From the NCBI GenBank assembly GCA_963766715.1, contig CAVYBH010000008.1, positions 1 to 64,000 on the forward strand: a stretch of DNA of 64,000 nt, in the 5' to 3' direction. Positions within the stretch are counted from its first letter, which is position 1. Each line of letters starts with the position of its first letter. The notes under the pieces are model-generated. The model ran no database searches and was not told where the DNA came from. It worked only from the letters and a program-made list of their open reading frames with translations. The DNA comes from an uncultured delta proteobacterium (GTDB taxonomy: Bacteria > Myxococcota > Myxococcia > Myxococcales > Anaeromyxobacteraceae). The position numbers and the translations under genes were made by a program. This document shows, one piece after another, positions 42,249-50,683 of the stretch.

Positions 42249-43564
42249 ATGTCTGTGATGGTGCTCTCCTGGCTGGCGCTCCTCGTTCCGGGCGCCGGCC
42301 GGGCCGCGGACGAGGCGGTCCGGGCCGACGACCCCTGTGCCGACGACCTCAGGCAGTTCTGCCCCGACGTGAAGCCGGGAAGCAGCCGTGTCGTCGAGTG
42401 CCTGCAGAAGAACAAGGCCCAGGCTCTCGGCCGCCTGTCGGAGCGCGGCTCGACGCGTCCCGCGCAGAAGGCGAAGGCGCTCATCGAGGAGTTCGGGCGG
42501 TCGTGTCGCAGGGACGTGGACCGCTACTGCCCGGGGTCGATCCCGGCGGTGGGCGCGTGCTGGGATGTCTCCGCCAGCACCAGCTCGAGCTCTCGCCCCC
42601 TGCAAGGGCGAGATGACCCGGATCACCGACGCCCGGGACCGCATCGCCACCCTGCGGAGCGCCTGCCAGGCCGACGCCGAGAGCCTCTGCAGGGACGTGC
42701 CTCAGCGGGCGGGCCCGCTGCTGGAGTGCCTCCAGGCGAACGAGGCGAAGCTGTCGCCGGAGTGCAACGCCGGCCGACGTCCGCAAGGCGATGGAGGCCG
42801 CGAGCCTGGTCGACGTCATCGAGGAGATGAGCAGCAAGGACCGGATCCTGGAGGCGCTGGAGATCCTGCAGGGGGTCGACTCGGTCGCCTTCGCGCGAAG
42901 CCAGATCCTCATCCAGGTGGACGGCTTCACCGGTACCAGGACGTCGCCAACTCCGGCGTGCTGACCTTCAACCCGCAGTTCGTGTTCGGGCGCCGCAACG
43001 AGTTCGCCGTCCAGGCCAAGGTCCCGCTGCTCGATCAGCGTCCCCACCGACCCCAGCTACCCCACCATGCTCGGCGTGGGAACGCTCTTCACGTCCTTCG
43101 CCTGGAACTTCTTCGCCCAGGGGCAGGTGCGCCAGTACGTCGGGCTCGGCATGCAGTGGGAGACGGCCACGTTCCCGGTCACGGGCTACACGTGGGGTCT
43201 CGTCCCCTCCTACGCCGTCGCGGTGGGCCTGGCCCGGTGGGTATCGCTCACCACGCAGGTCTACTGGATGCGTTCGCTCGGAACGAGCGACAGCTACCAG
43301 GAGCTGAACCAGCTGTGGCTCGAGCCCATCCTCGTGTTCAACCTTCCCGGAAGGACGTTCCTGGCGCTCGACACCAAGCTCGGCTGGGACTTCTTCCGGG
43401 GCACCTTCGCCCCGGTGATGAAGGGCGTGGGTGGCATCTTCCTGGACCGGCAGCGATCGGTCGCCATCTCGGCCTGGTACCAGGCGTCGCTGACCAGCGA
43501 AGCCGTGCCCGTGACCTTCAAGTACGGGGTCGGGATCGGCATCGCCCACTACTTCGACTGGTGA
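42249..43564 (+). CDS. Secreted protein with three Cys-rich (GLG1/Cys_rich_FGFR-like) repeats and a C-terminal beta-barrel; several frameshifts
   Basis: C.DD..FC.DV.PG..RV..CL..N...LS..C repeated three times across frames; C-terminal amphipathic strands ending HYFDW. Confidence 0.65.
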
Positions 43565-43665
43565 CTGCTGGCGCAGTGCCAGCGCTCGGCTTGCCGGGCC
43601 CGGAGCGGAGTATGATGCGCGCCGCTCGACCGCGGCCCCAGTTCCCTGGAACAGACGGAGATCTC

Positions 43666-45619
43666 ATGACACCGCATCCCTTCCGACGCGTCCCCGCAGC
43701 CTGGCTGCTGCTCTCCGCGGCGGTGCTGTTTCCCGCCCCCGCGCTCGCCTGGATCTGGCCCGAGCACCGGGACATCGCGGCGGCGGCGGTGAACGATCTG
43801 CCGGCGGCGCAGCGCAAGACGCTCGACACGATGTGGGCCGAGACGCAGAAGCTGGGAGGCAAGCAGGTCTGCGAGAAGCTGGTCGATCCCGGCGCCCAGC
43901 CGGACGTGAAGTTCGGAGAGTGGGAGAAGGTCTGCGTCGACTTCGCGTCCTTCCCGGCGCTGGCGGCCGACCACTCCTGCTCCGCCGACGAGCTCTGGGC
44001 CGACGTCTCCAGGGAGCTGTGGGCGGTGAAGGTGGTCTGGGTCGCGGCCGCACCAAGGAGAAGCTCGCGACCTCCACGAGCGCCGCGCAGCACGAGGACG
44101 TCTGGAGCCTCTCGCACCTGGCCATGCAGTACGTCGATCCCCGGTACCTGACCCGGGCCGAGGGCAACAACGCGCACTTCCTCGTCCCGCGGGCCCCGGT
44201 GCAGTCGAAGGAAGACCTGGACACGTACCTCGACCGGGTGCTGCTGCCGGCCACCGAGATCAACGCCACCGGGCTCTACACCGAGTACCACATGCTGGCG
44301 CTGCGGCTGGCGGCGCTCTACCACGCGGCTCCGGCCGCCGAGAAGGCGGACCTCGCGCGCCGGGCGCTGGTGGCGGAAGGCGTGGCGTTGCACTTCCTCG
44401 AGGACTCCTTCTCTTCGGGCCACTACGCGGCCACCTGGGGCGGTGCCGCCTGGCAGAAGGGCACCCACGACTTCTACTCCACCATCGGGCTCACCACGAT
44501 GACGTGGAAGGGCGACCTCTTCGCGAGCCACGGCGACGCCAACATGACCGAGCAGGACATGAGGGTCGCCGCGGTGACCATCCGGCAGAGCCTGGCCCAG
44601 GTCGCCAGCGCCGCGGAGGGTCGGATGCCGCTCGCCGGTCGGCGCTCTCTCCCCGCGGAGAAGGAGGTCGAGGCGCTCAACTTCTGCAAGGCGGAGCACC
44701 TGCCCCCGCCGCCGGTGGACACGGTGGCCCGGAGCGCCACGACGATGGTCCTCCAGAACAGCCCGGTGCCGGCGGGGGGCAAGGACGAATCGATCCGCCC
44801 CGGGCCCGCGCCGACATGGGTCCGTTCGTCGGAGCCATCTCGGGCTACACGCTGGGGACGGCGATGGGCGGGTACGACAGCTCGGCCAATAGCGCGGCTC
44901 CGGTCCGAGTTCGAGATCGGCGCCCGGCTGGGCTACGGGCTGGAAGGGCTCCTGACGAGGAGCATGGACGGCCAGATGTGGGTGCAAGGTGAGCTGGTAT
45001 CGGATCCGGTCCAGCTGGACCTGGGGTGCACGACCTGCAGCCCGTACCCGCGGCCTCGTCGGGGAAGCGAACCGACGTCGCGGTTCCGCGGGTTGGCGCC
45101 CGCTCCGCGCTGAAGCTCTCCCTGCGGATGCCCTTCTACGTGGTTCCGTTCGACCTCGTGATCCTGGCTCCCGTGCTGATGTTCACGTCCCCTCAGGCCC
45201 TCACGAGCGTGGTCTTCGCCTCTGCAGCGGGAGGACTCCTGCCCATCGAGCGCAAGTTCGAGACCGACATCGGCACGTTCCAGTTCATGGCAGGCCGGGA
45301 GGTCGGGGTCACCCTGTGGGGGTTCACGGGCCACACCAACCAGTTCCTCTACACGCCCACTCCGGAGAAGACGGCAATCCGTGCCGTGAACTACGACTCG
45401 CTGGAGCTGGACTTCCCGATCTTCGAGTACGTGCCGCCGCGCGTCTTCGCGACCACGCTCTCCCTCGCCGCCGAGTTCCAGCTGGGCTTCAACGTCGAGA
45501 TCCCGATGAACGTGGCCTTCGACGACAACGGGGAGCCGTTCAGCCTCGGCCCCAGCTGGAACATCTACCTCCGGTTCCGGCTCGACGCGCGCAAGTACTT
45601 CGGCGGCTCCTCCGACTGA
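43666..45619 (+). CDS. Secreted hypothetical protein with phospholipase C / P1-nuclease-like zinc motifs; several frameshifts
   Basis: Signal ALA|WIWPEH, NNAHF and HFLEDSFSSGH, HD; C-terminal beta-rich region ending RKYF. Confidence 0.55.
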
Positions 45620-45857
45620 GGCGGGCCCCACCCTCGTCAAGCCTCCGGGCCTACGGCAAGCACGAGGGCAAGCAGGGCCAGGAGCAGTAGGGGTCGCGGG
45701 AAAGGACTGCCACCCACGCTTCGAGTCAACGCAGCGGATCCGCCGCAAGTGAGGTGGGTGGCAGGGAGGTTCGTGCCCTCGACGAGCACTCTGTCTCTCG
45801 GACAGGCGCCTCCACGTCGAGAGCATAAGAGCAGCGGCAGGCAAGTCCAGCGGGCCC

Positions 45858-45890
45858 GGAGAGGCGCGCGGCCAGGCCGTGCGCCCCTCC
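45858..45890. terminator. GC-rich hairpin just downstream of the 45909-46400 gene
   Basis: GGAGAGGCGCGCGGCC-A-GGCCGTGCGCCCCTCC imperfect inverted repeat. Confidence 0.45.
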
Positions 45891-45908
45891 TGGACGCTTC
45901 TTCCTGCC

Positions 45909-46400
45909 TTACTTGACCGCGCCCTTGGCTGCGGCCGCGGCGTCGTCGCTGGCCTTCTTCGTGGCGGCGGCCGTGTCGCCAGCAGCCTTCGTGGTCGCCG
46001 CCTTCGTGTCGGCCGAGGCCTTCGTGGTCGCTGCCTTCGTGTCGGCCGAAGCCTTCGTGGCCGCGGCCTTGGTGTCGTCGCTGGCCTTCTTCGATGCGGC
46101 AGCGGTGCTGTCCGCTGCCTTCTTGCTCTTGGCCGTGGCGTCGGCGGAGGCCTTCTTGCTCTTGGACTTGCTGGTGTCGACGGCCTTCGTGCCCTCGGCC
46201 TTGGTGGCATCGACGGACTTGGCGCCCTGGGCCTTCGTCGTCTCGACGGCCTTGGTGCCTTCGGCCTTGGTATCGGCGACCGCCTTCGCGCCCTGGGCCT
46301 TGGTGGTGTCGACGGCCTTGGCCGCGTCGTCCGCGAACGACGGACCCGCGACGGCGACGAATGCGACGGCGAGGACTGCGCTCAGGATCTTCTTCATCAT
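45909..46400 (-). CDS. Secreted Ala/Lys/Thr-rich protein with 11-aa repeats (LEA-like)
   Basis: Signal MKKILSAVLAVAFVAVAGPSFA; about 12 imperfect 11-mers such as TKASADTKAAT. Confidence 0.8.
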   Translation of the reverse strand: MMKKILSAVLAVAFVAVAGPSFADDAAKAVDTTKAQGAKAVADTKAEGTKAVETTKAQGAKSVDATKAEGTKAVDTSKSKSKKASADATAKSKKAADSTAAASKKASDDTKAAATKASADTKAATTKASADTKAATTKAAGDTAAATKKASDDAAAAAKGAVK

Positions 46401-46683
46401 GGGTCTCTCCTTGGTGGGGGAACTCGAAGCCGCGCGAAGTCGCGCGTACCCCAGGAGAAGAGCACTGCGGGTGCCAACGAAGCCATCCGCCGCAATCGCT
46501 CGTCGTTGCAGCGCTTCCGGAATCGTCGCGCCACCCGCCTGGGCGATCCGGTGCGAAAGCGAACAGCCAGTTCGGGTCAGGGTGGGTCAGATCTCCTCGA
46601 TCCTTCGCCCCTCGTGACGTGCGGAAGCGCACCCGTTGTGGGGGCCATGCGCGACGAACGGTCGGAGCGCGCAGACATGCGAG

Positions 46684-46699
46684 TACGGGAAATCCCGTA
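46684..46699. promoter_or_regulatory. Palindromic candidate operator in the divergent stress-gene promoter region
   Basis: TACGGGA-AA-TCCCGTA, 75 nt upstream of csbD. Confidence 0.4.
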
Positions 46700-46774
46700 G
46701 ACCCGGAAGGCGCGTGTCCCCAGGCATGGAGGCACGATGAAGTCAGGCAGCACATCGAACGAGGGGGAACGACC

Positions 46775-46945
46775 ATGGCGAGCGGCAAGACGGATGAGCT
46801 GAAGGGCCGAGTAAAGGAAGCAGCGGGAGTCCTGACCCGCGACGAGAAACTGCAGCGGGAGGGGAAGACCGACCAGGCCGTCGGAAAGGTCAAGCAGCAG
46901 GCGGAGAAGATCCTCGACAAGGTCAAGGACGCCCTCAAGTCCTGA
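46775..46945 (+). CDS. csbD: CsbD-family stress protein
   Basis: DELKGRVKEAAG.LT.D..LQREGK.DQAVGKVK; SD GAGGGGG. Confidence 0.9.
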   Translation: MASGKTDELKGRVKEAAGVLTRDEKLQREGKTDQAVGKVKQQAEKILDKVKDALKS

Positions 46946-46971
46946 CGCCACATCGAGGAAGGAGGCTCGAG

Positions 46972-47124
46972 ATGCTCTGGACCATCGCGGTCGTCCTGCT
47001 GGTCTTGTGGCTGGTGGGCCTGGTGTCGTCGTACACGCTGGGCGGACTCATCCACGTACTCCTCGTCATCGCGCTCGTGGTGCTCGTCCTTGGCGTGATT
47101 CAGGGCCGAAGGGGCGCCGGTTGA
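46972..47124 (+). CDS. lmo0937-family small membrane protein (not in the ORF track)
   Basis: MLWTIAVVLLVLWLVGLVSSYTLGGLIHVLLVIALVVLVLGVIQGRR; SD AAGGAGG. Confidence 0.88.
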   Translation: MLWTIAVVLLVLWLVGLVSSYTLGGLIHVLLVIALVVLVLGVIQGRRGAG

Positions 47125-47156
47125 CCGTGAGCGAAACAACGACGGGAGAATCGATC

Positions 47157-47447
47157 ATGAAGAAGGTCTTGAGTGCGCTCTGCGCGGTTGCCTTCGTCGC
47201 CCTCGCCGGCCCCGCTTCCGCCGACGACGTGAAGAAGGCGGTCGACGACACGAAGGACTGGTCGAAGAAGGCCGCCGACGACACGTCGAAAGCGACCAAG
47301 AAGGCCGCCGACGACACCGCCGACTGGTCGAAGAAGGCGGCCGACGACACCAAGGACTGGTCGAAGAAGGCCGCCGACGACACCAAGGACTGGACCAAGA
47401 AAGCCGCCGACGACACCGCCGACACCGCCAAGAAGGCAGTGAAGTAG
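47157..47447 (+). CDS. Secreted protein with six 11-aa repeats (LEA-like); paralogue of 45909-46400
   Basis: Signal MKKVLSALCAVAFVALAGPASA; KKAADDTKDWS-type repeats; ends AVK like its paralogue. Confidence 0.85.
   Translation: MKKVLSALCAVAFVALAGPASADDVKKAVDDTKDWSKKAADDTSKATKKAADDTADWSKKAADDTKDWSKKAADDTKDWTKKAADDTADTAKKAVK
47232..47429 (+). repeat. 33-bp coding tandem repeat, about 6 copies
   Basis: AAGAAGGCCGCCGACGACACCAAGGACTGGTCG-like units. Confidence 0.85.
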
Positions 47448-47462
47448 GAACTCGCCGGCGGT

Positions 47463-49097
47463 TCAGCAGAGCGCGAGCAACACCTGCACCAGCAGGATCT
47501 TGCCGATCGTCGCAGCAGGATAGACCGAGGCGTAGCCGAGGTTGGGAACCTCGTTCCCGGTCTGCTCCAGCGCGTACCCGAGGACGGCGGGCTGGGTCTG
47601 GATGCCGGCCACCATGCCGAGCAGCAGGCTGAACGGAAGGTGCAACAGCCGGTAGCCGACGGCCAGCGCCGTGAAGGCGGTGAGGAACGTGACGACCGCG
47701 CCGGCGGCGAAGATGGCGAGCCCCCCGCCCGAGGCGAAGGTGGCGAGGAAGCCGGTCCCTGCCCGGGTCCCGATGCCCGCCAGGAACAGCACCAGCCCTA
47801 TCTGCCGCAACGTCACGTTGGCGCTGTAGGGAAGGCTCCAGACCATCGGGCCGGTTCGCTGCAGCGTGCCCAGGACCAGCGCCACGATGAGCGGGCCGCC
47901 GGCGAAGCCGAGGGTGGCCCGAACGCCCCCGGGCAGCGGCAGGGGCAGGATGCCGAGCAGCAGTCCCAGGGCCAGCCCGAGGCCGAAGGTGAGCACGTCC
48001 ACCTCGCCGGCGGCCCGGTAGGAGTCGCCGAAGAAGGCGGTGACCGCCGGCAGTTGCCGCACCGGCGCCAGCACCCGCACCCGGTCACCCAGCTCCAGGC
48101 GCATCCGGTCGTCCGGCAGGATGTCGACGTCGCCGCGGCGCACCCGGGTGATGACCGCGCCCATGCGTCCCGGGAAGCCGAGCTCCCGGAGGGGGACGCC
48201 GGCCACCGCCTGGTGGGAGACGAAGATGCGGCGAATGTCGAACTCGCTCCGGTCGACGTCGATGGCGTCGGCGGCGCGCCGGCCGAGCCGCGCCACCACC
48301 CGCTCCAGCGCGCTGGCGGTCCCCACCGCCACCACCAGGTCGCCCCGCTCCAGCCGGGTCTCCCCGTCGCAGAGCTGGAACTTCCCGGCCCGCCGGAGCC
48401 GCCCGAAGATGACCCGCCAGTCCAGGCCGCGCTTCAGCTCGTCCACCGTGAGCGCGCCGAGGTCCTGCTGCACCTCGATGGTGAAGCTGGTGAGCGGTTC
48501 GTTGGTGGCGCCCAGCTCGCCGAGCTTCCTGGCCTCGGCGGCCAGGTCCGGCTTCCAGAGCCTCGCGGCCAGGCGGATGGCCAGCACCACGCCGATGACG
48601 CCCATCGGGTAGGTGATGGAGTAGGCCACCACCGGCCGGGTCAGCGCCTCGGTGGGGGCCGATTGCTTCAGGGTCTCGATGGCGCCCGCCAGCGCCGGCG
48701 TGTTGGTGAGCGCTCCGGAGAAGAGCCCGGCGGCGAGCGGCCCGTCGAGCTTCAGCAGGCGCTGCGCCGCCAGCGCCAGCAGCAACCCGAACCCCAGCAC
48801 GCCGAGGGCCAGGGCGTTGTGGCGCAGCCCGTCCCGCCGCAGCGAGGCCACGAAGGCCGGACCGGAGGCGAGCCCCACCGTGTAGACGAAGATGGCCAGC
48901 CCGAGCATGTAGACGATCTCGGGCAGCGCCAGCGTCGGAGAGAGCGCACCGGCGGCGAGGCCGACGAAGAGGACGGCGGCCACGCCGAGCTGGCTGCCCC
49001 GGATCTTGACGCGGCCGAGCGGGTAGCCGACGGCGGCGACGAGGAAGAGCAGGAGCAGCGGGTTCTGGGCGAGGAGATGGACGAGCGAGTCGAGCAT
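47463..49097 (-). CDS. Aspartate:alanine exchanger (AAE/YidE) family transporter
   Basis: LGVAAVLFVGL, FVYTVGL.SGP and GALTNTPAL motifs; two TrkA-C domains; AGIQTQPAVL. Confidence 0.9.
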   Translation of the reverse strand: MLDSLVHLLAQNPLLLLFLVAAVGYPLGRVKIRGSQLGVAAVLFVGLAAGALSPTLALPEIVYMLGLAIFVYTVGLASGPAFVASLRRDGLRHNALALGVLGFGLLLALAAQRLLKLDGPLAAGLFSGALTNTPALAGAIETLKQSAPTEALTRPVVAYSITYPMGVIGVVLAIRLAARLWKPDLAAEARKLGELGATNEPLTSFTIEVQQDLGALTVDELKRGLDWRVIFGRLRRAGKFQLCDGETRLERGDLVVAVGTASALERVVARLGRRAADAIDVDRSEFDIRRIFVSHQAVAGVPLRELGFPGRMGAVITRVRRGDVDILPDDRMRLELGDRVRVLAPVRQLPAVTAFFGDSYRAAGEVDVLTFGLGLALGLLLGILPLPLPGGVRATLGFAGGPLIVALVLGTLQRTGPMVWSLPYSANVTLRQIGLVLFLAGIGTRAGTGFLATFASGGGLAIFAAGAVVTFLTAFTALAVGYRLLHLPFSLLLGMVAGIQTQPAVLGYALEQTGNEVPNLGYASVYPAATIGKILLVQVLLALC

Positions 49098-49217
49098 GGT
49101 GGGGGGAAGGCGGGGCAGTGTAGCGCCTATGCGACCGGCGCGCCTCGGTGTCGAGGCCGCGCGGCGCTCACGAAGGGAGCGACGGCCCGGATGAAACGCG
49201 ACTCGAGGCCTCCTACG

Positions 49218-50660
49218 TCAGCCTTCCTCCTCGTACACGGCTTTCACCCGCTTCTTGCGGACCGCGCTCGCGAGCGCCGCGTGGTCCTTCTCGTTCTGGT
49301 CGGCGTAGGCCATGGAGAAGGCCGCGATGGCCTCGTCGAAGACGTCGCTCTTTCCCATGTACCCGCTCAGCACCGAGGAGAGCCCGGACCGTGCATGGGA
49401 GAGCAGCGCAAGGGCGCGCCCGCACCACATCGCGTAGATGTCCATCAGGCTCTCGTCGAAGGTCTCGACCCGGACGCTGATCTTGATGTCCCGGAGCTGG
49501 CGCACGAAGAAGTCGCGGCTCCGGCCCCGGGTCCATCCGAGGAACATGTCGCTGGCCGGCTGCATGCGACGGTATCCGTCCACCACCCTCTGGCCGTGGT
49601 TCTCGAAGACGGTCTTCCCCGCGTAGCGCTCCAGGACGGACGTACGCGCCTCCTTCACCTGGAGGAAGAGGGGATCGCCCTCGCCGGCCATGAAGAGCAG
49701 CACCCAGCAGGACGTCCCGACGCTCCCGATCCCCACCACCTTGATGGCGGCGTCGCGGAGCTCGTAGCGGTCGAACAGGGATTGGTACGCGGAGGGGAGC
49801 GAGGCGCGGTAGCCGGCGATCGCGTCCCGAACGACCTCCTGGATCTCGCCGGGAGGGTGATCCTTGTGGTGGAAGATGGTCGGGAGCTGGTCGCGGATGA
49901 GCGGCAGCTCTCCCTTGTGCTCGACGAGCTTCGGGAAGATCTCCTCGGCCCTGCTCTTCCCGCGTTCCTTCTCCAGGCGGTCCGCGACCCGCTGGTGCAT
50001 GTCGGGATTCTTCACGCCGCGCAGCAGGTCGCGAGGCTCCAGCGACTCGTACCAGAGCTCGAGGGTCCGGAGCTTGCTGTATCCCGCCATGGCCTCCCGG
50101 TAGCTGCGGACGCAGGTCCGGACCACGTCCTTGGCGACGGTGTCCTTCAGGCCGTTGTCCCGGCTCGCCACGACGAAGCTCGCGGCCAGGCGCTTCACGT
50201 CCCACTCCCAGGGAGCCGGCAGCGTCTCGTCGAGGTCGTTGATGGAGAAGATGACCCGCCGCTCCGGGGTGGCGAACCCGCCGAAGTTGGAGAGGTGCGC
50301 GTCCCCGCAGCACTGGACGCGGACCCCGGACGCCGGAGTGGACGCCAGGTCGGCCGCCATGGGGAGGGCCGACCCGCGATAGAACGTGAAGGCGGAGCGG
50401 ACCATCCGTCCGTGACGGAGGGGAAGCAGCTCCGGCATCCGGCCCTTCTCCGCCGCGAGGACCATGTCGATCGGGTCGCTGCGGCCGGCGGGCGGCTTCC
50501 AGGGGGCGTGCGACTCGCGGGGGCAAGCCTTCCGGAGCGCCTTGCCCGCCGCGTATCGCTCGTCCTGCGACATGCGCCAGGTGAGATCGCGGCGGTACGT
50601 CGCGACCGGCGCGTACTTCGCGCCGGGTGTCGCCTCGGCGGCCTTCTTCGTTCGAGCCAT
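49218..50660 (-). CDS. DUF2252 family protein, copy 2 (intact)
   Basis: Same motifs as copy 1; ATG at 50660 preceded by a purine-rich SD. Confidence 0.92.
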   Translation of the reverse strand: MARTKKAAEATPGAKYAPVATYRRDLTWRMSQDERYAAGKALRKACPRESHAPWKPPAGRSDPIDMVLAAEKGRMPELLPLRHGRMVRSAFTFYRGSALPMAADLASTPASGVRVQCCGDAHLSNFGGFATPERRVIFSINDLDETLPAPWEWDVKRLAASFVVASRDNGLKDTVAKDVVRTCVRSYREAMAGYSKLRTLELWYESLEPRDLLRGVKNPDMHQRVADRLEKERGKSRAEEIFPKLVEHKGELPLIRDQLPTIFHHKDHPPGEIQEVVRDAIAGYRASLPSAYQSLFDRYELRDAAIKVVGIGSVGTSCWVLLFMAGEGDPLFLQVKEARTSVLERYAGKTVFENHGQRVVDGYRRMQPASDMFLGWTRGRSRDFFVRQLRDIKISVRVETFDESLMDIYAMWCGRALALLSHARSGLSSVLSGYMGKSDVFDEAIAAFSMAYADQNEKDHAALASAVRKKRVKAVYEEEG

Positions 50661-50683
50661 CGGGGGTGCTCCCTTCCCTGGGT

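Noticed and set aside
47232..47429. 33-bp repeats as a possible CRISPR array
   Set aside because: Units are contiguous with no unique spacers, keep the reading frame of a signal-peptide protein, and no cas genes are nearby
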